Assembly: GCF_963676685.1 (NCBI RefSeq)
Contig: NC_092351.1
Coordinates: forward strand, 59,768,001-59,832,000
Length of the DNA stretch: 64,000 nucleotides
Source of the DNA: Mytilus edulis
Taxonomy: Eukaryota
Direction of reading: 5' to 3'
Part shown: positions 13,781-26,884 of the stretch, piece by piece
How positions within the stretch are numbered: the first letter of the stretch is position 1
Layout of the letters: every line of letters starts with the position of its first letter
Notes under the pieces: generated by a model
The model's input: only the letters and a program-made list of their open reading frames with translations
Database searches by the model: none
What the model was told of the DNA's origin: nothing
Position numbers and translations under genes: made by a program

Positions 13781-15635
13781 AAGGGTGCCTAACCCCCGGC
13801 CTCCCCCTTAAACGGTGACAGTGGTGCAACAGTACAACATAATAACAAACAAAACCAAAAAAATTGGTGAAAAGAGGCTTAAGTTGTCAGATGGATACAA
13901 ATATAAATGCATCTAACAAAAACACAGAGTGGACGTGGCCGGGCACTTGTACATTCCACCATCATAAAACAATCTTCGATCATGATACAAGAACTCATGC
14001 ATAATGGATCATTCTAGTATAACACATTCACAACGATTAATACACACATGATTTTTCTAAGAGAAATAGGTTGGCTAACAGCTACTGTCCTTATATTATA
14101 TATAATATCATATGATTGATTGATTGGTGTTAAACATCCGGGCACTTTTGTGTTGAACCATTGACCTTACATGAAATAGAACAGGAAAATACATAGACAC
14201 ACTAACAAACTGCAAACACAGTTATGAAATGAATAAAAACACACCTGATAAAAAAGATCTAACATGATTCAATAAGAAAAATGTTTCGTGTATATACGTG
14301 TAACAGATACGTATATATCGTTCCATGACTAACATGGCTTCTACAGGAAAAGGGTTGAAGCATGGTTTTCATACAACCGTGATACCAACCGAAGGTCAAT
14401 GTCTATTTCCTGAATTTATTGGTATGCTAGTTGACTTACAGTCGGGAGGCATAGAGAACATTAAATCCGATGGCTCAGATAGATAAGTAGCGCTTTGTCT
14501 GCCCAAAGACCTAGACACATCGAAACAATTTGTAATAGAGGCAATAGGTGGCAATTTTAAGGACATATTCTGGCCATATTCGAAATCCCTCTTGATTCCA
14601 GTGGCAGTCAAAATGTTTCGCTCTATCCCGGTATAGTCCAATAGTTTGTAGAACACACCAATATAAGCCACGTGCACCCTGTAAATTTTATGAATTTGGG
14701 TTCACTATAGATGCATAAACTTGTAGAAAATTGATGGGTGAAAACTAGAAAAAGATTGCTAAATTTAGGACAAAAATATATATCTAAAGCGGGACAAAAT
14801 AGCAAAACTAAGCGAGTTACTTAAAACATTCGGTTTGATCTGCCATTGATCGAACCCTAGACATGCAATTGAGGATAGCAAGCTAATATGAAAAGTTTGG
14901 CCAATCATGATAGTTTTGGTGTTGTTGGGTTTGTTGTTGTCCCTTTTTCAGTCGTTTTTTTTGGGGGGGGGAGGGGGGGGCGACGCTTTTCCGAATATGG
15001 CAATATATATACGCAGGGGTAAAGAAGAGAACAACTGCGTAAATATGTTGATATACTTACTACGTAAAAACAGATATCAATGAAACATACATGTACAGTT
15101 CATACATTTATAAATACAATAATTAATTAACGCCACATCCTGTAGATATGTACATATGAGATTTTTCATTCATGAACATAAATGAATTCCTGCAAAAGTT
15201 TAGCCTTCTTGTTTTATGCAGATAGACAAAAAAAAGTTGACACCTGGGTAACAGGTCGGGACCACTACCTTATATGGAAATGCACTAATTAGCATACTTA
15301 TGCTCTCGCACATGTAATTGTTTATTTACATGTGACGCAATTTATTTTTACCTACTAGGTTTTTGACCAATCCACTAAATGAATACCAATGCATGATAGA
15401 TGATTAAAGGCAAATGTGTGACCCTTCAATTTTGTGTTCGTAAAAAAGGCGAAAAAATATTTACATACATGGCAGTGTTAACAAAATCTATAAGTATTTA
15501 TTTTTGTCACATTTCAGTATATGAGACTTCCAAACTGTTCCCTTTGTTTTGAAGGTAGTGAAGTCAGCAACTGTAGTTTCATTTTGCTTTCGTTTTTTAA
15601 CGGGCTCGGAAATTTGCCAAACTGAATAAAATCAT

Positions 15636-15883
15636 TACAGCTGATTTCCTAATACTTGCAAAGTAAAACTTTGGTTGGCTTGCTTGCTTTGTGTGTATAG
15701 TTGTTTATACAAGCTTTGAAAATAATATTGACATCGTTAAACAATATAAATAGGCATAGTTTAACTTGTATATTTTATATTTGAATTTAATTTGTCGTTA
15801 TCCTAATATGAGTGTACAATATACAAACAAAGCAAGCAAGCTAACCAAAGTGTTGCTCTACATGCATTAGGAAATCAGCTGTA
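15636..15883. mobile_element. Foldback MITE, related subfamily
   Basis: TIRs TACAGCTGATTTCCTAAT...ATTAGGAAATCAGCTGTA; shares the TTGGTTRGCTTGCTTG motif with copies 1 and 2. Confidence 0.75.
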
Positions 15884-15964
15884 ATGATGTTATCCACATG
15901 TAAGTGCGACGAGGTGGAAAATTTGATATGTTTTGTGAAAATTGCAGCGTTGGATCTAATATAA

Positions 15965-16225
15965 AAAAGAAGATGTGATATGATTGCCAATGGAACAACT
16001 GTCCACAAGAGACCAAAATGACACAGAAATTAACATTTATGGGTCACCGTACGGCCTTCAACAATGAGCAACGCCCATACCGCATAGTCAGCTATAAAAG
16101 GCCCCGATAACACAATGTAAAACAATTCAAACGAGAAAACTAACGGCCTTAATTATATAAAAAAATGAACGAAAAACAAATATGTAACACATAAACAAAC
16201 GACAACCACTGAAATACAGGCTCCT
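15965..16225. repeat. Abundant SINE-like repeat (agaagatgtggtatgattgccaatgag... family)
   Basis: Further copies or fragments at ~390-500, 1345-1500, 3460-3770, 13320-13500, 44940-45220, 53975-54235 and 55545-55790, in both orientations. Confidence 0.75.
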
Positions 16226-16688
16226 ATAACGCATGCAAACCTTTATACGTTTTTATTTATAAGATAGATTTATTCTCCTTTTATATATATTATATTGGGC
16301 CGTTTTTTTTTTTGTTTTTTTTGTTTGGATTGTTTTACACAAGTAATTTTTGGGTCATTTATAGCGTACTTTTCGGCATTGAACCTATGACTGCTTACTT
16401 TACTAGATTATGTCTTTTTTGGAAAGATGTCTCATTTGGCACTCATACCTCATCTTTTTATTTCTATATACAAAGCACGTTTTGGAATAAAAATAATAGG
16501 TAATATGGCACCCACTGTGATCCAGGGCTTTAAATATTGGAGATATTTCACATACGTCAACATGACAGCAGCCCAACGATAAAAAACCTCTGAGGTATAT
16601 TTTGTGATAAAATTAGCAACAAACGGACTTTATCGATGGATGAATTCGAAGCTATACAAAATGTATTAAGCTATATACCGTACCCGCT

Positions 16689-16845
16689 CAGTGGCGGATC
16701 CAAGGTGGGGGGGGGGGTCCGGAGGTTGGACCCCCCTTTTTTTGAACGATCAATGTATTTGAATGGGGACATGTAGTTGAAACCCCCATCCCCCCTTTTG
16801 TCCTGGGTTAGGACCCCCCTTTTTAAAATGGCTGGATCAGCCCTG
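16689..16845. mobile_element. Short MITE with CAGTGGCGGATCCA-type TIRs and G/C runs
   Basis: CAGTGGCGGATCCA ... TGGATCAGCCCTG; a related copy lies at ~59586-59741. Confidence 0.65.
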
Positions 16846-17769
16846 GCGCTTTCAAAACACTTATTTTTAGCATACTGAATATTATGATGTTCTTTACTTT
16901 CAGTTCAGGTCCTGATAAAAATTTTACACATCCAGTACAGAAAGAAATTAATGTTTCAATGAAAGTTTTCGTGTTTTTCTAGGCAGAATGACATTATACA
17001 GGTTTAAAAGAACTCAAAAAAAAATTCATAGTGGACAGTGGTCATTTCATCTGAAATTTCACTGTTTCAGGTCGTAAAATTATTGCACAGGTACAATGCA
17101 TAACAATGGGAAAAAAAACCCTGTTCAATAACTTTAACAAGGCGAAAAAGAAAGTCGAATAGTGAAGCCCGTAAACAATACTTTTTTAATCTGAGCATGC
17201 AAATTGAAGATTATGTTATATATTTTACAATAATCACATTCGCAGAACAAAAACATATATTTTGAGAATCCTGGCCGACACTATATTATTTGACAGTTCT
17301 TCAACTAATTCCACGTGTTTTCCGGTTGTAGTAAACTCGTAGTAGCCCACAATGCATTGTAGCTCATTGAGTCGATTGGTCAGTTTTTCAAGGCCGTATT
17401 GGCCTTGTGTTTGGGAAATTTCTATGCAAATATATTCTGACGTAAAGAAATCTAGAGTTCTCGACCTGTGTAATATAGAATGTGTTTACTCTATTTATAA
17501 CACGGGAAATCCCAGATTTCGATTTAGAAACTAAATATAACTTACAGTGCATATTTGTCCACTGGTCTCTGTTCAAATTATATAGTTACATTTGTACTGT
17601 ATCTTTCTTCTTTGGAAATATTCAATTACCCCCATAACGTTAAGTTTAATATTTCTCAAGTGTATATATTTACCATTGTTAACTTAAATAGCTTCTTTAT
17701 GTGTAAGTCTCTAGGTCAATATAGTCTACTGTACTGGTATGGTCGATATAAAAATAAACTATTTATGCA

Positions 17770-18124
17770 TGACGTCATAACACATAAATATGATGAAACT
17801 CAGCTTGTTTACATTATTTCGGCGCAGAATTTAAAGACCACGCGTTCTTATTAATAACACGTTACCCTTAATGAATCAACTGCGAAATAAAATAACAAAC
17901 TCAGCAAATAAATGAATGCCACGACAACTTGTACAATGAATAAACAAAGATAACAATTACATTCTTTAATATAAATTACTCATTTTAATTTTATTCAATA
18001 TCAGTCTTAAATCAAAAGTCGAACTTTAAAGTTGAAACCGAACTAAAACTACGATATTCGACAGCTTGTTCTTCAAGAAGAAGGTTATTGAAACGGAATT
18101 ATAAGAAGAAAACAAATTAATAAA
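17770..18124 (+). promoter_or_regulatory. BiP promoter and non-coding first exon: CRE TGACGTCA (17770-17777), ATF4-C/EBP CARE TGATGAAAC (17791-17799), TATAAA (17970-17975), initiator TCAGT (18001-18005), splice donor at 18125
   Basis: TATA-to-Inr spacing is ~31 bp, there is a GTAAGT donor, and an acceptor AG lies just before the ATG at 18676. Confidence 0.6.
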
Positions 18125-18675
18125 GTAAGTTAAAACTATTTTAAAGTGATTAAATTACGTCTATACATTTACTTGAGGTCTATTTGTACAATGAATTTGA
18201 TCTGAGGTGGATATTTGTTTTAAATTTCGTTAATAACAATTACATCCACCCCTTTTTCTGTCCTTTTTGTGCCTCCTTTCACGTTTTAAAAGAAGGGATC
18301 GACATGGAGAGCGACACATTATATTTGAATTTTCGAAAATTTGGCCATACCTAGACTATTTACATGTATGTTATCATATAATTTCTTGACGACTTGCTAT
18401 AGCTAACCATTTTCCCGCTGAACAGAAGCAGTCTGATTTATCAGTTTTTTCTCACTGTTGACGGCATTACGGTGGCATATACAGCGTAGTTGTCAACGCG
18501 TTTATGTCATTTGGTCTTTAGCAGATAGTTGTCTTATGGGCAAGTATGTAGGACTATGTACGTAACATATTTCCCTTTTTTTATATGCTTTTAAACTATT
18601 TCCTTTCAAACTATGCATTATGATCATATATTTACATGTAGTATATATATTTTTGTTTTTCAATCATTTACAGAA

Positions 18676-19462
18676 ATGAAGTATTATTTGATTGGAGTTA
18701 CAACCCTTTTGGGCCTCGTGTGCGGGGACGCCGAAGATATAGGAACGGTGATCGGTGTCGACCTCGGAACTACTTATTCTTGGTGAGTAAAAATCATTTT
18801 AATAGTATAAAGGGATGACATTATATGTTTTCGTCATTCACTGAAACATTTGTGAAAGTATGTTCTTTGGTTCATAAAAAGTAATATATAATGTCTTATA
18901 TTTTTTTTAATTGTCCTGTACCAAGTCAGAAAAATGGCCATTGTTACTTCTATTATTATAGTTCGTTTCTGTGTGTGTTACATTTTAGTGTTGTGTTTCT
19001 GTTGTGTCATAGTTCTCCTCTTATATTTGATGTGTTTCCCTCAGTGTTTGTAACCCGAATTTGTTTTTGTTTTACTCAATCGATTTATGAATTTCGAACT
19101 CGAACAGCTGTATACTACTGTTGCCTTTATCTATATAAATAAAAACATACTAGTATTAACTAAAACCAACAACTTTAATTTTCATTTCATCTTTTGAATG
19201 TTATTTTCTTCACTTTTTTTTATTTACATTTTCACAAAGACTTACTAATGTCTTTATCACTTTTTAGTGTCGGAGTGTATAAAAACGGAAGAGTTGAAAT
19301 CATTGCAAATGAGCAAGGGAACAGAATTACCCCTTCTTATGTAGCGTTTACAGAAGACGGAGAACGTCTAATAGGTGACGCCGCCAAAAACCAACTGACG
19401 TCTAATCCGGAAAATACGATATTTGACGTAAAACGTCTGATTGTCGGGAATGGGATGCACAA
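18676..19462 (+). pseudogene. HSPA5: BiP/GRP78 (ER HSP70) 5' part, coding exons 18676-18782 and 19268-~19462; frameshifted and interrupted by an insertion
   Basis: Signal peptide followed by [64 protein letters not shown] 1-bp deletion at ~19443 hides IGREWDAQ, and homology stops abruptly at 19462. Confidence 0.9.
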
Positions 19463-19884
19463 GGATAATAGTTACGCTGAACGGTGCCCACTGGTCACCC
19501 TATAAATAGTACTCTTCTGTGTAGTAATATTGTAGTTCTAAAAATAGAAAACTAAAAATAGACAATTCTTCTTTCTATTTAGCAATACACCATAGATCTA
19601 GAACCTGTCACCGTCTGTATTATCTGTAAGTAAAATTAACATACCGAGCAATTGAATACAACGAGTAACACAAACTTAAGTTTAATTAAGTCATTCAAAG
19701 CAAAATATTCGTTTCATCTATTTTGTATGATTTGTCATTTGTGGTGACACGTTCTTTTAAATGTTCGAATCACAGACTAGAAGGAAATCTTCTTTTTTGA
19801 ATTTTGAATATTGAATTTGATTACATGTGGCCATCTTAAACAGAAATGGGATTTGTTAACCTCTGTTGGACTTTATATGCTAGA

Positions 19885-22800
19885 ATGGGGTAACTTCTGG
19901 TCACCTTATTCATATACTGGATTTGGTGACCTCTGGTCACCTTATGTAAATATTGGATTTGGTGACCTCTGGTCACCTTATGTTAATAATAGATTTGGTG
20001 ACCTCTGGTCACCTTATGTTATTATTGGATTTGGTTACCTCTGGTCACCTGATGGAGATTTCAGATTTGGTCATCTCTGGTAATTAACATCAACCTCTGT
20101 TGGACTTTATATGCTAGAATGGGGTAACTTCTGGTCACCTTATTCATATACTGGATTTGGTGACCTCTGGTCACCTTATGTAAATATTGGATTTGGTGAC
20201 CTCTGGTCACCTTATGTTAATATTAGATTTGGTGACCTCTGGTCACCTTATGTTATTATTGGATTTGGTTACCTCTGGTCACCTGATGCAGATTTCAGAT
20301 TTGGTCATCTCTGGTAATTAACATTTACATACAACTAGTTGATGTTTTTCATATCATTTGTAGAAAGTTTGAGACAATCAAAGGAAGAGAAAAAAGAAGA
20401 AGAACAGGTTTGATATACATTATGGGTTCAACAAGAATATAGAACATTATTACATTAAGTTTAATATATCGATAAAACTTTACACAATGAACATTATCTT
20501 TCACGATCATCTACAAACAAATCTAAGAAAAATCCTTGATCTTTCAAATATTGCCAAGAGCATGGACAGTTGATAATTTAGTCAATATTTCTACTTATCC
20601 TCATCAGATACTTTTGGATAAATAAAATTGAATTTATTAATACAATTATCAAATGTTTATCTTCTTTTTTCAGAAGTCCTCAGAAAATGTAGATGAGAGT
20701 GGTATGTATCCATTTTATTTATTGTATGAAACCTTTGATATGATGGAAACATACACTATGTTTATATAATGCTGCAACTATTTTCTTTTTGAACTGAATA
20801 CTTGCAATCGTTTCTAGTAAAATGGCCACTTAGGCTTGATTGAACAAATCATTTTTTGTTTCTTGATTACCTTACACAAATATTTAATTTGATTACATGT
20901 GGTCACCTTAACCAGAAATGGGATTTGATAACCTCTGGTGGCCTTAACATGCTAGAATGGGGTAACTTCTGGTCACCTTATTCATATATTGGATTTGGTG
21001 ACCTCTGGTCACCTTTTGTGAATATTGGATTTGGTGACCTCTGGTAATATTAGATTAAGTTACCTCTGGTCACCTTATTCATATATTAGATTTGGTGACC
21101 TCTGGTCCCCTTATGTTAATATTGGATTTGGTTATCTCTGGTCACCTTATGTTTATATCGGATTTGGTTATCTCTGGTCACCTTACGTTTAAATTGGATT
21201 TGGTTACCTCTGGTCACTTTATGTTAATATAAAATTTGGTGACCTCTGGTCACCTTATGTTAATATTGGATTTGGTTACCTCTGGTCACCTGATGCAGAT
21301 TTCAGATTTGGTTATCTCTGGTTATTAACATTTACATACAACTAGTTGATGTTTTTCATATCATTTGTAGAAAGTTGAGACAATGAAAGAAAAAGAAAAA
21401 AGAAGAAGAACAGGTTTGATATACATTATGGGTTCAACAAGAATATAGAATATTATTACATTAAGTTTGATATACCGATAAAACTTTAAACAATGAACAT
21501 TATCTTTCATGATCATCTACAAACAAATCTAAGAAAAATACTTGATCTTTCAAACATTGCCAAGAGCATTGACAGTTGATGATTAAGTAAAATAATACTG
21601 ATCCTCATAAGATACTTTTGGATAAATAAAATTGAATTTACTAATACAATTATCATATATTTATCTTATTTTTTTAGAAGTTTTCAGAAAATGTAGATGA
21701 GAGTGGTATGTATGCATTTAATTTATTGTGTCAAACCTTTAATATTATTGAAACATACATTATGTTTATATAATGCTGCAACTATTATTCTTTTTGAACT
21801 TAAAATGGCCACTTAGGCTTGATTGAACATATCATTTTTTGTTTCTTGATTACCTTACATAAATATTTAATTTGATTACATGTGGTCATCTTAATCAGAA
21901 ATGGGATTTGTTAACCTCTGGTGGCCTTAACATGCTAGAATGGGGTAACTTCTTGTCACCTTATTCATATATTGGATTTGATGACCTCTGGTCACCTTAT
22001 GTAAATATTGGATTTGTTGACCTCTGGTCACTTTATGTTAATATTAGATTTGGTGACCTCTGGCCACCTTATGTTAATATTGGATTTGGTTACCTCTGGT
22101 TACCTTATGCTGATTTCAGATTTGGTTACCTCTGGTCATCAAAACATAAGTCATGTTATGTTTTTTATCATTTGTAGGAAATGTAAGACAATCGAAGAGA
22201 GGAAAAAAAGAACAAGAACAGGTTTGATATGCATAACTGGTTCAGCAAGACTATAGAATTTTATTACATATTACATTTAAAATATTAATAGCACTCAACA
22301 GAATGAACATTGTCTATCCTGATCTTTTAAAAAACGAATCTTAGAAAATCATTGACCTTGCAAACATTGCCAAGAGCATTGACAGTTGATAATTTAGATA
22401 ATTTTTATTTATTAGTACTCAGAAAATGTAGATGAAAGTAGTATGTATGCATTTAATTTGTTATATATTATTCTTATATATGATGGATAAGTACATCAAG
22501 TGTGTATGATACTGAAACTATTATTCTATTTGAACTTAAAACTTGTTATCGATAGCTGTAAAATGGCTACATCGGTTTGATTGAAAAGTTCATTTTTTTT
22601 TTTGGTATATTTAATTGGCTACATGTGGTCAACTTTACCAGATATGGTATTTGAGTACCCTTGGTTACCTAAAGCAGATATTGTATTTAGTTATCTTTGG
22701 TCATTTTCTGTTGTTATTTGAATTCTCGTGGCACCTTTTGCAGATTTCGGATTTTGTTATTCACTGGTCAATAAAATTTACAAAAATTGGTCATATGTAA

Positions 22801-24835
22801 TCTTAGATGTATGATTGTTTTATTGGTTGTTGTTGGCTTTGAACTAGTGAGTACTCTCAGATCTGTACAAATGGTCTTTTTGTTGTTGGGATGTATAAGT
22901 GCCGAGCCACTTTCACTCTTTTTTGTTAGATGTTTTTCTATTTGCATCCAGGGACCTATATTAACTGTTAATATAGGCCCCTGTTGTATCCATCTTTTGA
23001 GTTAAACCTTTTCCAACTGATTTTTATAGTTCGTTCTTATGTTGTACTATTACACCACTGTCCCAGGTTAGGGAAGGGTTGGGATCCCACTAACATGTTT
23101 AACCTGACACATTATGTATGTATGTGCCTGTCCCAAGTCAGGATCCTGCAATTCAATGGTTGTCGCTTGCTGCTGTATTACATATTTGTTTTTCGTTCAT
23201 TTATATGGACATCAATTAGTCCGTTAGTTTTCTCATTGGCAATTACACCACAATTTCTTTTTTAAATGTTGAGTTTTTTTTATCATTTGTAGAAGATGTA
23301 AGAAATTTGAAGAGGGTGAAAAAAGAAGAACAGGTTTGTATATATCATTGGTTCAGCAAAAACAGAATACTATAACATTACATTTACTATATTAGTAACA
23401 CTGAACAGAAAGAATGAACATTATCTTCCATGATCATTTAAAAATAAATCTTAGTAAATAATTGAAATTGCTTACGTTGTCAAGAGCATTTACAATCGAA
23501 ATTAAGTCAATTTATACGTATCTTCATTAGGATAAATCAGTTGATTTCCTATACGATTATTTAATATTTAACTTCTTTTTTCAAAAAGAAGTCAAAAGAA
23601 AATGTAGATGAAAGTGGTAGGTATTCATTTTATCATTTTTTTTTTAAATATGATGGAAAGGTTCATTAAGTCTATAAGATACTGAAACTAAATTTCCATT
23701 TAAACTTAAAACTTGTTATCGATAGCTTTAAAATCGCTACTTAGGTTTGATTGAAAAAAAATCTTTTTCTTCATATATCTGGTCACCTTATGCAGATATT
23801 GGATTTGAGGACCTCTGGTCACCTTATGAAGATATTAAATTTGGTTATCTCTGGTCACCTTATGCAGATATTGGATTTTGGGGACCTCTGGTCACCTTAT
23901 GAAGATACTGGATTTTGTTAAATCTGGTCACCTTATGCAGATATTGGAATTGGGGACCTCTGGTCACCTTATGAAGATATTGGATTTGGTTAAATCTGGT
24001 CATCTTATGCAGATATTGGATTTTGGAACCTCTGGTCACCTTATGCAGATATTGGATTTGGGGACCTCTGGTCACCTTATGCAGATATTCGATTTGGGGA
24101 CCTTTGGTGACCCTATGAAGAAATTGGATTTGTTATATATCTTGTCACCTTATGCAGATACTGGATTTGAGGACCTCTGGTCACCTTATGAAGATATTAA
24201 ATTTGGTTACCTCTGGTCACCTTATGCTGATATTGGATTTGGTTATATTTGGTCACCTTATGCAGATATTAAATTTGGGGACCTCTGGTCACCTTATGCA
24301 GATATTGAATTTGGGGACCTCTGGTCACCTTATGAAGATATTTGATTTGGGGACCTCTGGTCACCTTATGCAGATATTGAATTTGGGAACCTCTTGTCAC
24401 CTTATGCAGATATTTGATTTGTGGACCTCTGGTCACCCTATGAGGAAATTGGATTTGTTAAATATCTGGTCATCTTATGTAGATATTTGATATGAGGACC
24501 TCTGGTCACCAAATGCAGCTATTGGATTTGGGGACCTGTGGTCACGATATGCAGATATTGGATTTGGGGACCTCTGATCACCTTATGCAGATATTGAATT
24601 TGGGGACCGCTGGTCAGCCTATGAAGAAATTGGATTTGTTAAATATCTGGTCACCTTATGCATATATTGGATTTGAGGACCTCTGGTCACCTTATGAAGA
24701 TATTAAATTTGGTTACCTCTGGTCACCTTATGCAGATATTGGATTTGGTTATATCTGGTCACCTTATGCAGATATTGGATTTGGTTACCTCTGGTCACCT
24801 TATGCAGATTTCGAATTTGGTTACCTCTGGTCATC
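19885..24835 (+). repeat. 30-bp minisatellite arrays (consensus GGATTTGGTGACCTCTGGTCACCTTATGYWRATATT) within ~0.8-1.6 kb higher-order units
   Basis: Arrays at ~19885-20320, 20950-21320, 21935-22140, 22620-22780 (degenerate) and 23778-24835; palindromic core GGTGACC-TCT-GGTCACC. Confidence 0.95.
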
Positions 24836-26884
24836 AAAACATAAGTCATGTTATGTTTTTTATCATTTGTAGGAAATGTAAGACAATCGAAGAGAAGGAA
24901 AAAAGGACAAGAACAGGTTTGATATGCATTACTGGTTCAGCAAGACTATAGAATTTTATTGTATATTAGTGAATACACTTGATTCTCAAAGAAAACAGTT
25001 TATGCTGGTTTAAACACATAAATTGATGATCGGGTTTTTTTTTAAAAGCATTCATAGAGTAGTAGGTAAGGAATGGTAAATGGGTCGAAAGGAACAATCA
25101 AACTGAAATTTGGAGAACAATCTGACAAAGCTGGGCAAAAAAAAAAAAAAAAAACCCCACCAAAAACCAGGGTGGTCTCAGGTTATCTAGAATGGTTAGC
25201 AGATCCAGCTCATTATGTGGTGCCCATAATATTGTTCATGCTTGAGTTTAGGATCCCTTGGTATATTACTGTATCATTAGAAATCATATGTCTACTGTGA
25301 ATCATATACATGTGGCTTTGCCAATCTGTAAGACATTTTTTTAAGTTGTAAGAACTTTCATAACGGTGCTTAATATGTCTTATTACATATATTTATTAGC
25401 TTAACTGCAGGAAAAATCACAACTGTATCTCACTTCATTTTCAGGTGATGTTGACTATCAAGTACAATCCTTAAATACTTTAACCGAGGATCTTGTCGAT
25501 AACGAAGCAACCAAAAAGGCAGTATGCCGAAAAATGAAAGGGACAGCTGCCCAAAAAAAGGGTGACACTGAAAAAGCTAAGTAAGTGTTTGAGGGGAATT
25601 CAATTATTCAGATTTTATGAACATTGGATCTATAATGGCTACAAAAGCAATCGCCTTCTTGACATCTTTATTACATACTAAGAGTATGGAATAAAATACA
25701 CAATAGAAAATACAAACATTTAGATTAACATGAAATATATAAAACATACATTTTCCAAATACCATGATCATTATGTATTCATCTTCTAAACAATGAATTA
25801 TGAACTGAGTATTCTCATCTATTCAATTAATTGCTTATCTGTTTCAATAATTATTCTAGACTAAATTTGTAACAAAATTCAGATCATAAATTCATAATCA
25901 AGTCTATAATGCAATCTATCTTTTTGCACTCGAGGTCTACAAATGTATAATTATATAGAATATGAATAAATGGGTTAACTGCGAATGGAAATGTGTAGTT
26001 ATCATTTTAATATACAGAGAAATGATACATCATAAGTAATTGAAAAAAAAACATGATTCAAACACAAACATACTTCCAGCTGTTCAAAAATAGATTTTGT
26101 TTGAATATAACTATATGGACACGGAGAATATGTCAAAGAGACAACAACCTGACCGAAACGTAAAAAACCAACTCAAGGTTGTGCAAGTTTCATATTTCTC
26201 TGTGTACTAAATAATAAACTTATCAAAGCAAACTGACATGCAATCAATCATTTTAAAATTATTAGCATCGTTGGAATACTGACTATAAAATCATATACAA
26301 TCTACTTCTTACTGGTCATAAACTTGAAACAATCCACACTACATTTTTATCGGAAAGCTAGGTAGAACAATTGACTTATAATTATTGATGTACAAATTAC
26401 TTTTTAATTTGGCCTTACAATTCGACTTTGTCCTATGTTTTATTGTTGATATGCATAACATTGCTTTTCTCATTTATTTTTCAACGGTTTAACATGCTCT
26501 ATTTTATTGTAGCTAGGAAACATTTAAAATTATTGAATACAATTTTTGTTATTAATGACATAAATTAAGCATTATAGTACCAACATATTAAAACATTTTA
26601 AAAAGAATATTTAAGTCAATAAAATAAAATGCATTCTTGTAAAGTCTTTTCTTTGTTTAGATTAAATGATTCTTATTAAAACTAGAAGAATTAAAACGGT
26701 GTCATTATATAAAATTATGTAGGTAAAGAAATGTCCTGTAATAATAAAATTGCTGTCTTAAATTATTTTTGCAGAGAAATTATTGGCCATGTTCTAGGCG
26801 AACTAAATAAAACAAATGTTAACAAGGCAATGCATGGGAAAGATTTTGAGGCCTTTTGGAAGACAACAGAGACAATGCTGCCAG
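20364..26884 (+). pseudogene. Putative MULE accessory gene made of repeated micro-exons: A 20364-20407, 21371-21413, 22178-22221, 23293-23333, 24873-24916; B 20674-20701, 21678-21705, 22416-22440, 23589-23616; then 25411-25580 and 26775-26884
   Basis: Each segment is bounded by a pyrimidine tract + AG and a GT, and the phases chain 1-0, 0-1, 0-2, 2-1. It encodes charged repeats such as ESLRQSKEEKKEEEQKSSENVDES. Copy A2 is disrupted, and neither start nor end was found. Confidence 0.65.

Noticed and set aside
17290-17845. Canonical ERSE (CCAAT-N9-CCACG) upstream of BiP
   Set aside because: CCACG cores are present, but CCAAT is not at the required spacing.
19885-24835. CRISPR-like array of palindromic ~30-bp repeats
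   Set aside because: Units are head-to-tail without unique spacers, there are no cas genes, and the context is a eukaryotic intron.
19811-24951. ORF-track proteins with GDLWSPY or TSGHLM repeats
   Set aside because: These are translations of the 30-bp minisatellite in two frames, with frequent frameshifts and no splice signals. The coding signal lies in the micro-exons between the arrays.
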